A DNA stretch of 64,000 bases from assembly GCA_047967505.1 (NCBI GenBank), contig CM106538.1, one strand, 5' to 3'. Below, in pieces: positions 12,608 to 25,070 of this stretch. Every line of letters begins with the position of its first letter. Position 1 is the stretch's first letter. This DNA comes from Dipteris shenzhenensis. Taxonomy: Eukaryota. The position numbers and the translations under genes are program-made. Under the pieces are notes generated by a model that was given only the letters and a program-made list of their open reading frames with translations, searched no databases and was not told the DNA's origin.

Positions 12608-12793
12608 TGTAAAGATATACAATGATATGGTGGTGTAGGATAGACTAGGACTTAGTCTATTTTGTGTGTTAGTACTTGGACTATATATACCAAGTACTTG
12701 TACTTCTTTAAGTTGAGCATTTTAGTTGGAGTTCACTTGTGTTCACTTCTTGTTCTGTTGTGTTCACAATCCTTCTCCATTCTTGTTCCTAAA
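12608..12793 (+). repeat. 5' LTR of Copia
   Basis: Direct repeat of 23975-24160, followed by the PBS. Confidence 0.95.
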
Positions 12794-12795
12794 TG

Positions 12796-12807
12796 TGGTA
12801 TCAGAGC
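12796..12807 (+). other. Primer binding site (tRNA-iMet)
   Basis: tggtatcagagc, 2 bp after the LTR. Confidence 0.9.
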
Positions 12808-15356
12808 TAGCTGATCTAGCCCACTTGCTTCCTGCTCTCCCGCATGCTCTCATCGCACTTCTGTCACGGAGAACAAAGTTCCATTGTTGCCTGACTACTC
12901 TTCTGTTCACCCACAATTCATGAGAGCTCAGCTTCCTCGCTCAGCTCTCTTAGCTCATTTCGAGTTTCCACAGCTCGTACCTGCTGAACATTTTGGCCGT
13001 ACAACAGCTCGCTATTCCGTATAGCTACATCCGTACCTTGCCGTACAGCATCCTGTACAAGTTGCACGCATCCATACCAGCTCTGTTCGTATAGTCCTGC
13101 CCATCCATACATTTCGTATGGTTCTGCTACTAGCAGGTCGTACTACATTCCATATTATTGTTGGCCATACATCCGCTCTTGGATATACTTGCCGTACAGC
13201 ACCTGCACCGTACTGCCCCATGTACCAGCTTCTACTATACATTTCATATGTCCCTGCCTATCAGCTCTGTATTGTCTGCGTGCAAGCAGGTGTACTTGTT
13301 TGTCTTGGTACCCGCATAGCTCCATACACACAATATTGTATAGGTGTACACACGACAGCGTACACCTGCTCACTTATTGTACAGCTCCAACCTGTGTAAT
13401 GAAGCCAGTTGCCTTGCACAGGTGACTTCTGCGTACAAGTGCATTTGAAGGGTAGATTTCAACCTACAATAGGTCATCTTCAGAAAAAGACCAGCCATGC
13501 CATCAGCCCAAGGAGGAGGGAAATGTGAACACAAATGTAGGGAATTTAGACAAAGGTGCAAAGAAGAAGAAAGGCATATTCAATTATTGCAAGAAGCCTG
13601 GTCATTACATTGCAGAGTGCCAGAAATGAATTGGAAGTGAGAAAAGAGGCAAGGCACAAGCACTAATTATGTTGCACCAGCTAAGAATGCAATTGCTTCA
13701 CCATTTCATGCAAATTTTGCAGAAGAAGGAAAGGATTTTGTATTTACTGCATTTCAGGAAAGAATTGGTGCCAGGGGGGATTAAGTTGCATATGATGCTT
13801 CTCATGCTTCATCTAGGTATTCTTCATTTGCTGCCATTGATACTTGGAATCCAGATAGTGGTGAATTGAAGCACATGACTCACAGGAAATAGTGGTCTGA
13901 AGAATCAAACATGTTTATGGCAGACAGGTTACTTGTGCTAATGATGCATCTTAGCACATCACAGGAGTGGGAGATGCTCCCATCCTTCTGGTTTCAGGAA
14001 AGAAAAAGTATATCCGTGATGTTTGGTATGTTCTTGACTTGAGGAAAAATCTAATTTCACTTCCATCCATGGCCCATGATCATCATATGCTAGTGGAATT
14101 TTAGGATGATCAATGCAGGATCAAGGATTCAAAGAAAGGGTATGAGATTCTGGCTACAGTGCTTTTATGAGGCTAGCATGGATCTTTACAAGCTTGATGC
14201 CCATCCCTATAATCAACATGATTTGGCTGTCTCGTATGCTGCTCTTGGTGATTTAAGCCCGCTCAAGAGGTATGTGAAGCGTGTGCAGAAAGCTACATTA
14301 CCTACCTTTCAAAAAGGATGGCCCAGGATCAGTAAGATCACACAAGGTTTTGCAGATTGTGCATGGTGACGTTTGTGGACCAATGAATGTAACTAGCCCT
14401 ATAGGGTATCGGTACTTTTTTACATTCATTGATGGGACGATTCCTGGTTCATGTGCCTCTTTCTCATGAAATGCAAATCTAAAGTGTTCAATTGGTTCAA
14501 GGAGTTCAAGGCATTGGCTCAGAATTAAACCAATTCTAGAATTGAAACACTCAATTCCCCAGTGAGCTACTGCCCCCCCCTCTCCCTCTCTCAGCCAGCC
14601 CCCTCTCCCTCGCTGCCCCCCCCTCTCCCCCCCTCGCTGCTCCTCCTCTCCCTCCCCTCTCGCCAGCCCCCTCTCCGTCCTCCCTTACCCTCCCTCTCCC
14701 CTTCCTCCTCCCCGCCCTCCCTCTCCCCCCCCTGCTACCCCCTACCTCTCCCTCCCCGCCCAACCTCTCCCCCACCTGTCAGCCCCCCCGCCCCCCTTCT
14801 CCTCCCCCGTCCCCTCCCCCGTCATCCCACTCCCTCGCCAGCCCCCCCCCGCTGCCCCCCTCCCCGCTGCCCCTTTCTCCTCTCCCCTCCCCCGCTGCCC
14901 CCCTCCCCGCTGCCCCCTTCTCCTCCGCCCTCCCTCTCCCCCGCGAGCCCCCCGCCCCCTTCTCCTCCCCTGCCCCCCTCCCTTGCCCTCCCTCTCCCCC
15001 CCCGCTGCTCTCCCCCTCCCTGCTGCCCCCTTCTCCTCCGCCCTCCCTCTCCTCTGCCAGCCCCCCCACCCCCTTCTCCTCCCCCGCCCCCCTCCCTCCC
15101 CCACGCTCTCCCCCCCCCCCCCCCCCAAGGTGAAACCCCCCGGAGGAAAGGAAAGAAAAAAAAAAAGAGTTAAAAAAAAAAAAAAAAACCTCCTTCCTCT
15201 CCCTCCCCGCCCCCTTCCTCCCTATCTCAGCTCCCCACGCCTCCCCCTCAGCCTACCTCCGTCTCCCCTCTCTTTCTCCTTCTTCCTGCCCCTCTCTTTC
15301 CCTTCCCTTCCCCTCTCTCCTACCCTCTCCTTCTCCTTCTTCCTGCGCCCGCATTC

Positions 15357-16957
15357 ATGGCATCCTGGGCAGTAGTTTCACGGACGGAGCTTTTCAGTGT
15401 TGGAATCGGCCTTTTGACATCGATTGGCGAATGGATCCCCATTCAGCCAATCTCCGTCCACCTCCACCGGCCGCGAGAACCGTCATTTTTTCAGAAAGAC
15501 GAGCTGCAGTAGCTCAAGAAAGATGTGGAATTAGAGGGCTCCACATCACTTTTCGCCCGCATCTTTGGGTCACATCCTTCCAGATCACAGGCTAGAGACT
15601 GGATGCTGGCGACGTTACCAGGAGACCTCACCCCTCACCTCAGGGACGACTTTTGGGACGTGGATTCTTCCAAGTGGTTTTCGACTTCCACGAGTCCACA
15701 ACCCTTGTTCTCAAAGCTAATCCCCTGGCTTTGGGTTCGAGGAGGATCTTTCTTTTGCCCTACACCTTGGGCTCTGATCCGGTCGAGGAGGACAGGCAGG
15801 TCACATCACTGTTCATTAGGTTTCCTGGTCTTCCTCAGGTCTACCATCGACTGCTTGCCACTATCGGAGCCACATTCAGAGTGGTCACAGAGATCCCCTC
15901 CCTTCCTGGCATGCCTTCTTCCTTGGCAGAGGCAGTCAGTGCAGACGAGGTGCCTCGTGTTAGGGTCATTGTCTCTGACCCTAACATCTCAGATGACCAC
16001 ATTATGCTTCAGCGTCCAGACGGCTCTCTCTTTCGACATAGAGTCAAGATTTCAGGTAGACAGGACCAGTGCAGGATTTGCAGGACCCTTGGGCACTTTG
16101 CTAGAGACTGCCCAAGGAAGAGAAAAAGACCCAAGAGGTCTTCTGGTGCGGCTCTTTCACGTACTACCACGACTGCACCTCCCCAGCACCCTGTACCACG
16201 CACTCCAGGACCAGCAAGAGCAACAGGGCGTCTTGCTTCGTGCACCACAGGACCACCAGGGGCAACAGGGCGCCCAATGCCCGCAGCACACCCAGTACCA
16301 TGATGGAGAGCTATCAGAGCGGCTCCCTTACCTTAGGAGGAAACTTTTGATCCTGTTCAGACAGACACCTTCTAGACTCCAGAGGTGGATGTTGCCGCAG
16401 CCCCAGACACTACAGTTCCACATCAGGAGGGGCCTTTAGATCCACCAGTCCCAGTCACTTTGGTCTCTGACCCCTTGGTTTCTGACCACGAGGGGACTAT
16501 AGGTACTTCTTCCCCACAGACTATTCCTGCCACAGTCAAGACAACCGAGAAAGTGTAGGTGCAGATGAGGGCTCCTGATTCCTCTTCACCCCAGCCATAG
16601 GCCTCCTCAACCCCCAGCTCCAGTTCTGCTGATAGAGGCCTGGCAGGTCCTTCTCCTCCATCTTCCACGAGTGCAGGTCTTCTTCGCACTCCTCGGCCAG
16701 ACTTGCTTATCAGGAATTCTTTTTCGGCACTGGCAGATTCGGCGACTTTCATGGATGATGAGGAGTTTGTGTCCTCTACCTTAGGGGTCCCGGTCATTGG
16801 GATTCCTTCTGATAGGGCCTCCCTTTCAGCAGGTGTGGGGATCCTTTCGCCTGTTGAGTTTCCTGCCCTCATCAGCAGGAGTGTTTCGGCCCAGGGGAAG
16901 CTGGTCTCCTCTACTAGGTCGGGTAAGCCTTCCCATCCAGCATCCTCCGGTCGATGA
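15357..16957 (+). pseudogene. LINE ORF1 (DUF4283-like region and CCHC knuckle), disrupted
   Basis: LGRGFFQVVF motif; CRICRTLGHFARDC. The start is approximate. Confidence 0.8.
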
Positions 16958-19900
16958 GGATAGTCAGCTGGAACATACAGGGCCTAGGCGGAGTTCTACA
17001 CCGTCGCCGTAGGCAGCTGATTCGGAACCAGCTTCATCTAGGCGTCACTGGAGGTGCTATTGATATCCTTTTTATCCAGGAACACAAGCTGGATGCCAGT
17101 GATTGCTCTAAGTCTGGCAAACTGCTTTCAGAACATACCTTCTAGTCGCCTGCTATGGGCACAAGGGGAGGTACTTGCATTTCGGTCTCTCTTTCTATTC
17201 TCCCCTTGGTTGCTGGTCATGGTATTATCTCCCCTTCTAGAGCTCAATGGATCATTATTTTGATTGGAGGGCGTAAGATTGGTCTTCTCAATCTTTATGC
17301 TCCCAACAACAGAGGGGAGCGGATCTCCTTTTGGAAGGAGTTACTCTCTTGGGCCCCCATTGCAGATTCTTGGATCATTGGTGGCGACTTCAACATGGTT
17401 GAGTTGCCTTCAGACAAAAAGGGAGGCAGACAGGGTGAAATTCATTCTTTGGAGAGGGCAGCCTGGGATGCCTTTCTCTTTCAGTTCAGTGGCAGAGACA
17501 CTTGGTTGGATGATGCCTTTCATATTGTGCCACAGTCACTCCTGTACTCTTAGTCGAACAGGAGAATACACATGCCCATTCATGTAGGGATTGACAGATT
17601 TTATGTAGACGATTGGGCACTTGACAGAGGAGGATCTGTATGCATTTCTACTGGGGTTTCCACCTCAGATCATTTTCCAATGGTGTTGCAGATTCTTGAG
17701 CCTCATCGGAGAGGACGCTTTGCCAGTGTCAGGATTCCGGATGCTTTTTATGCAGAGGAGAGACTCACGGACGATATTTTATAGATTTGGGTTTCTCACA
17801 TATAGGGTGGAGTTGTCCATTCATCTCAGGTAGCTGCAGCCTTATCCGGAATTAGTGACTATTATCATTCAGTCGCTGATTCTAGGAGACGTGAGATTCT
17901 CAGATGTGAGATTAGTATACGCCAGCAATTAGCATCCCTTCAGAGGGAAGAGCAGAAGAGGCCCACAAATGCTTGGATTCAGGAGCGCCTTGCTGCAGCA
18001 AGGGCTCATTTGCAGACATTGTTGGATCAGAGAGTAGAGTATGCCTTTCATGCACGGGAATCCTTTTGGATTCAGATGGGTGGCAGGGTCAACAAACACT
18101 TGTCTCTACTCATGGGCCCAGACATAGTAGAGATAGTGTTTCGCAGCTTGTTGACTCAGACGGGGTGTTATAGTCAGATCCTGATGTTGTCATGCCTGTA
18201 GCTTCAGATTTTTTTGCATCCCTTCTTACTGCAGATCCAGGCACACAGGCCATTGATGATGCCAAAGAGGTTATTTGGCAGTGTATCCCTGTATTGGTGA
18301 AGGATGAGATGTATGTTTCTCTGGATGCACCTTTCACCAATGCAGAATTCAAGACTGCATTACTTGCCCTTCACAAGGGCAAGTGCCCAGGTTCAGATGG
18401 ACTTACCCCCTCCTTTTTTATTACTTTTTGGGAGCAGATTGGTGATCACATTACATCAGCCCTGCAGGGTGTGTGGGACTCTGGTGAGATGCTGGACTCA
18501 CTCACAGATGGTCTCATTCATCTCATCCCAAAGGGGGTAATAGGAATCTTGTGTCTCAATGGAGACCCATCACTCTTTTGGGTACTTTTTACAAGATTCT
18601 GGCGAAAGCCATCAGTCTACGGCTACAGGTTTTTCTTCCAGATTTGATTCATGACACGCAGACAGGGTTTGTGCATGGCAGAAGTATTTTTGATAATATT
18701 TTCTCATTTTGGGAGGCCTCAGAATGGGCCATGCAGAGCCGCCAGAGATTGGCTATTCTACTCTTGGACTTTGAGAAAGCTTACGACAGAGTAGACTGGG
18801 ATTTCTTAGAGGGTACTCTATCTCGCTTTGGTTTTTCAGATGCATGGATTAGAGGAGTATCCTCTCTCTACAGATCAGCCCATAGCCAGTTGCTCATTGG
18901 GGGGGCAAGAGGGAACAGGTTTCAGATTTCCAGATCCGTCCGCCAGGGATGTCCTCTTGCCCCGTTTCTTTTTCTGTTTGTGGCGGAAGCTATGAGTATC
19001 TACATTAGATCTCAAGCTGATATTTATGGGCTGAGGCTTCCTATCCGCCGGGAAGAAGAGCTCCTGGATAGTGAGTTGGCAGATGACACGGCTGTTTTTT
19101 TTGGATGCCTCCCCGAGGACACTCACTTCCATCCGGACAGCCTTGGATTTGTTTTGCACAGCTGCAGGTGCACACATTAATTGGCATAAATCCAGTGGTT
19201 TTTGGATTTGCGAGGATGACACCCCGGATTGGGGTAATGATATTGGCTTCACTTGGGTACAGAGGGGCTTCTCTGTCAGATATTTGGGCTGCCAGGTTGG
19301 GGTGGGCATCTCTCCCTCACAACAGTTTGCTCCGGTGTTGGAAAGCATCAGAAGAAAGCTCCTTTTCTGGAGCTCAGCCAAACTTGACTTGGCCTCCAGG
19401 GTGGTGGTGGTTAACCAGGTTCTTCTAGCCACAGCATGGTTTGTATGCTCTTGTTGGTGCCACTCTAGGGATTGTATCACTCAGCTTAAGAGGCCTGTAC
19501 GAAACTTTTTTGGAGTGGTCTAGATGGCACAACTGATGTTATAGCCAGGGTGGCTTGGGAGACCTTGATTCTTCCTACAAGAGAAGGGGGTTTGAATATC
19601 ATCGACCCAGATCTACAGTGCAGAGCTTTACTCTACAAGTTCGTTGTGAGAGGGCTTATGCCAGGACAAGAGCCTTGGAAGGATTTTTTTATCAGATGCA
19701 TATAGTCTCGCACGCCCACTTCAGGAGAGGATTGGACATACAGTACTAGATGGGTTTTCACCACAGCCCACCTCAGGTCTCCCTCTTCCCCTCTTATGGT
19801 TGCTATCCTAAAAGCATGGGCCAGCTTCAGGATTACTCTTCGCAGGATTCTCCCATCCACCTGTGAAGAGATTGAAAGGCAGCCTATCATGTGGAATGAC

Positions 19901-21267
19901 AGGATTTTGGATGAGCTTGGCAAACCACTTGGAGCTTCTCCTTACATGCAGTGGCCAAGATGGGAGAGGAGCCCTGCATCTACAGTGGGAGCATGGAAAG
20001 CCTTCAGGAAGCTTCCTGCAGACCAACAGGCCCAGATGGTTCTTAATCTCAGAGGGAGTGCAGGGAGAGTCCAACATATTGATGCAGCCTTGCCCTTGGA
20101 TTGGGTGGACACAGATGACATGCCTATTACTTGCTCCACCTAGATGGGTGATTGCTTTTCTTGACCCACATGAGGATGCCTTAGTATTTGATGTTTCTTC
20201 GGGGGGAGGCTGTCCAGATCCACAGACGATATCTTATTGGAGGTACCGTTTCAGCCAGTCAGGATAGTGGGCTTCATGGAGCATGGCTCTCTTTCACAGT
20301 GGTACTTGGATCCTGACCCGCTTCTCCTCACCCTTGGCTCATGGAGGTTGTGGCTCTATGGAGGTGTCCCAATTAAGTTTTTGCAGTGGGACCCTGGGGA
20401 ATGGGAATGGATAGATGAAGGGCACTTAGAGAAGGCATCCCCTTCTTTCGTTACACGGTCAGTAATGCTAGGAAATTCTAGCTCAGCTCTAGGGGTTGGA
20501 AGCATACCAGAGCTCCTCATTGGGAGAACTTTCAGATTTCTGCTGACTTGCAGAGAATTTTTTGGCAGAGGCTCTGGAAATCCCACCGGAATAGAAAAAT
20601 CACTCTCTTCTTTTGGCTTTTTATTCATGGTGGGATAGCAGTGAACCATTGGAGATCCAAGTTTGGAGCTGACCCTTCTTGCCCTCGCTGTCTTTCTGCT
20701 TTGGAGACAATACAACACTGCCTATGGGATTGCAAACAGGCGAGAATCATATGGAAGGGGATTGCAAGACTTTTCAGCACTTTTGCTCCCCCACCTTTCT
20801 ATATGACCTGGGGATCAGTGGCTTGGCTTACTCTTTCAGGGCCCCAGGTATTTTTTGAGAGACTTGACTCCTTTTGGGCTCTTCACATCCGATGACACCT
20901 TGTGGAGTCGTGCTCTCTAGAGGATGTTCTGGCCACTCTTTTTAGGGCTGCTCACTCCTCGGTCGACTCTCCATGGGAGATCCTAGCTAGCATTGCAGCA
21001 TGGCACATTTGGAGAGCCAGGTGCACTGAGGCTTTGGAGGGTTCTCAGGTTCACCCTTCTCAGATCTTGGCTAGTACTTGGACAGATACGATACACACTC
21101 TGATGGCCATTTGGGCGACCATGCAAGGATCATCTCGAGCAGCCTCCTCCAGGAGAGTTACTTTTCTCAGAGATTGGAGAGACTCTCCCTTCCTTGCTGA
21201 GACTTCTACAGGGTTGAGATGGCATTTTCAGCCTCAGCCTTGGTTTCTTTCTACCTCATTCCTCTGA
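16954..21267 (+). pseudogene. LINE ORF2 (APE endonuclease, RT, zf-RVT), disrupted
   Basis: MRIVSWNIQGL, FIQEH, NLYAPN, GGDFN, IDRF, SDH; KCPGSDG, WRPITL, LDFEKAYDRV, RQGCPLAP, LADD; CPRC..ETIQHCLWDC. Confidence 0.93.
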
Positions 21268-23974
21268 GGTGTTTTTATTACATGCTTAGCATGGTGTATT
21301 TCCGCACAGAGCTTGCTCTAGCGGGTTTCTTTCTTACTTAATAGAAGTCTCTTTTTTGAAAAAAAAAGAAACACTCAATTCCGACAATGGGGGAGAGTAC
21401 ACTTCAAATGCCTTAGAAGGGTACTTGAAAGAGCATGGGTTAAGGCATCACAAAGCAGTGCCATACACGCCTCAACACAATCCGATCGCAGAGAGGAAGA
21501 TTAGGACTCTCATGGAGACGACATGGTGTATGCTGAAATTTAAGAAAATGTCAAAAGCATTTTGGGGTGAGGAAATAATTACAGCCACATATATTCAGAA
21601 TCAATGCCCTACACAATCATTGGTTGATAGGATGCCTTTTGAGGCATTTTATGCTACAAGCCCAAGGTGAATCATGTTAGGGTATTTGGGTCGGTCAGTT
21701 GCATATGCTTTGGTACCAGCTCAGAATTGATCCAAGCTTGATGATGACAGCGTTAAATGCATCTTTGTGGGGTATTGCATTGAAAGTAGAGGTTTCCCTC
21801 TTTATGATCCAGCCAGAAGGAAAGTAATCATAAACAGGGATGCTTTATTTGCTGAGCATTATAGCGTGCATCCCATCAATGAGGATTTGCCTCCAGATGA
21901 TGATACACCTTTGGATATTGTTCAGTTTTAGGATGATGCTGATTTAAGTCCTTCAGTCAATTTGGGTTCTCTAGTTGATAATCCCTCCAACTCTCAGACT
22001 CCAGCTGAGTTGCCACATGTTGAGGGTGCTTCTCTCTCGAATGTTTCAGATTTGCAGCCAGCTCATGGAGAGGGACAGCCCAATATTTGGAAGCACTATC
22101 ACCATCGTGCAAAGGATGCAACTCCGGGTGCACTTCCAGTTGCTATTCCCAGTGGTACAAGTGAAAAAGCAGGCTATGTTGACTCTTACAGATGCCAGAG
22201 ATCAGCCCACTTCAGGGAGAACCAGGGCCAGCAGCACCAAAGGTGCTCAGAATCACGTCAATTTTTCCTTGATGACTACAGTGATGGAAGCTGAAATGAA
22301 CCTTAGCGTGTTGAGTATGTACAGGGACATCCCCTTGGATGGAAGACATGAAATTGGCAATTAGATCCATTGAGAAAAATGGTACATGGGATTTGGTTGA
22401 TCCTCCCATAGGCAATAATTGTGTTGGCATGAAATGGATCTACAAGGTCAAGTATAATGCAGATGGTAGTGTTGAAAAACACAAGGCCCGTCTTGTTTCC
22501 TTGGCGTATGCTCACGAAGAAGGAATTGACTATGAGGAGATCTTTCCTCTGGTAGCCAAAATGACTACCATTCATTGTGTCATTTCCTTAGCTTGAAATT
22601 ATGGTTGTCCAGTCTTTCAGATGGATGTCAAGACTGCCTTTCTGAATGGGGTTCTCAAAGAGGAGGTCTATGTGCAGCAACCCCAAGGTTTTGAAGCGGA
22701 AGGACAAGAGCACAAGGTATGCAACCTGAAAAAGGCATTATATGGGCTCAAGCAAGCATCTCATGCATAAGATATATCAGTTTTTTCTGTCCCAAGGCTT
22801 TGGGAATATACATATGGAGCCCAATCTCTATGTTTTGCAAGAAAACACAGATTTGGTTATTCTTGTACTGTAAGTGGATGACATGATACTCACTGGCAGT
22901 AATTTGCAGATAATTGCAGCAGTGAAGTCCGTCTTATGTCAGACATTTGATATGACAGATTTGGGATACTTCACTATTGTCGTTGAATTTTGATAGACCC
23001 AAGGGGGGATATCTATGTCATAGACAAAATATTCAAAGGGTCTCTTGCAGAAATTTAACATGGAGAATTGTAAACCTGTGGCCACGTCATTGGAAAAGGG
23101 AGTCAAGGTGAGTGAGCATGATGAGGCTGAAAAGTTTGATGGCACACTCTACAGGAAGCTGGTGGGTAGTCTTATCTACTTATGTTCCACCAGACCAGCC
23201 ATTGCCTATGCCACATGGTTACTCAGTCAGTTCATGCATTGTCCCATAGTTACGCATTGGAACGCAGCAAAAAGGGTTCTTAGATATGTACATGGTACAC
23301 TCTCTTATGGGATGCATTATGCTCCAGATGGTGACATATAGCTCAATGGTTTCTCAGACTCAGATTGGTCAAGGGACATTGATGACCGCAAGTCCACTTC
23401 AGGTTATTGCTTCTCATTGGGCTCCGCGTTCATATCATGGCTCATTAAGAAGCAAAGCCATGTCTCTCTCTCCTTCAGTGAAGCTGAATATAAAGTGGCA
23501 AACACTGCTACTATGGAATGTATGTGGTTAAGGAAGCTATTGCATGATTTGCATCATGCTCAGAATGGTGAGGCATCTCCGATCTTTTGTGACAGCCAGA
23601 GTTGCATCGCCATTAGCAACAATCATGTCTTTCATGCTCTCATGAGACACATTAAAAATCTCTATCATTATGTGCGGGATTGTATTCAGGATGGCTTCAT
23701 TGATCTTACATATTTTTCCACTGAGGATAATGTGGTGGATATCTTCACAAAAAGCCTGTTAGTGCCTCTCTTCGCACATCATCGACATGGCTTGGGGATC
23801 AGAGACATTCAAACAAAGTCAAGGGGGGTTGTAAAATGACTTTCTTTTTCTTTGTACTCCCATATGTTGCTATATCCACATGTGGATGAATGTGTGCAAC
23901 CATGGTACTTTAGGTACTTTAGGCACTTTTAAGATCATTTTAGAGTTCTTTAGCCATATCATTGAGGGGGGATT

Positions 23975-24160
23975 TGTAGAGATATACAATGATATGGTGG
24001 TGTAGGATAGACTACGACTTAGTCTATTTCATGTGTTAGAACTTGGATGATATATACCAAGTACTTGTACTTCTTTCAGTTGAGCATTTCAGTTGGAGTT
24101 CACTTTTGTTCACTTTTTGTTCTCTTGTGTTCACAATCCTTCTCCATTCTTGTTCCTACA
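23975..24160 (+). repeat. 3' LTR of Copia
   Basis: TG...CA, preceded by a PPT at 23964-23972. Confidence 0.95.
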
Positions 24161-24299
24161 CCGATTCCTTGGTCTAATAGTTGGGTCGGTTAGCGAGTTA
24201 TGTACCTAGATGTTAATCCTTGGATTATTAGACTTAATCCAGTAGGATTAGGGGTCCCTAGGATTAAGGGAAGTAGGCTACAATGGGGCTAGAGGACTT

Positions 24300-25070
24300 A
24301 GAACAATAGTAAAGGGCCAATTGGCTATTCTAGCCAATGCTTTCTAGAAATCGGGATGCTCTTCTACATAAGAGTGGCCAATACTATTGGGTTGGTATTT
24401 AGTGTGTTGACACCATAGCTCTCTCCTGCTCGAAGGGTTGGTAGAGGCTTGTGCTTCCCTACTATCATGTCGACGTGCATGTCATCTTCGGTTCTTTGCG
24501 GCTCTCCTGTCAGGTGTCTTGCAGTCCACATGAGAGTCCAACCCCTCAGATGACGCAACCCAAGAGATCTGATACTCCTGTTATTGTTTGTATATGCAGG
24601 GAGTTTTGTCCTCTTGAGTCTCTCGATGCTATCCTCCCGAGGCACTGTCCTAGGAAGCCTGAGAACTCACCACCATCTAGAGTCTCAAGAAGAACCTCCT
24701 CAACCAAAATCTGAGAGCTTTGTAAAACCATGAGCTACAAAACACCATCATTTGTTGTGGGTGGGGACTCCATAAAAATTCCAAAGCAAGCCCCGATGAA
24801 AGACAAATTGGGTTCATATTCCTGCGGAACCCTTAGATAGTGTAATGTCATTGGAAACCTCGGCACATGATGTATTGACTTCATGTCATCCACCGTAAAA
24901 TTGTGGTGCCAAGGTATGAAGAAGACCACATGTGAGCCACAAAAGATGGGGCTCTACTTCACAAGGACCTGGGTAGTGACACGGGGGAACTAAACTAGAG
25001 GAGGAAGATAGATGGTGACCTCTTGTATGTGGTCACTCTCTCACCCTCTAATGCAAGCTCGCCTAAATCC
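24300..25070 (-). mobile_element. Degenerate LINE ORF1-like relic
   Basis: FFIPWHHNF..VPRFPMTLHYLRVPQEY..L..IG..FG resembles the ORF1 at 15653-16000. Confidence 0.45.

Larger units (their letters stand above)
14559..21367 (+). mobile_element. Full-length L1-clade LINE, decayed
   Basis: 15-bp TSD gaaacactcaattcc at 14544-14558 and 21368-21382; A9 tail; ORF1 and ORF2 present. Confidence 0.95.
12608..24160 (+). mobile_element. Ty1/Copia LTR retrotransposon, decayed, containing a nested LINE
   Basis: 186-bp LTRs at 12608-12793 and 23975-24160 (about 13 mismatches). TSD ccgag/ccgat. PBS tggtatcagagc; PPT gagggggga. Zinc knuckle [56 protein letters not shown]. Confidence 0.95.

Noticed and set aside
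14551-15375. Pro-rich and Gly-rich ORFs
   Set aside because: Low-complexity LINE 5' UTR
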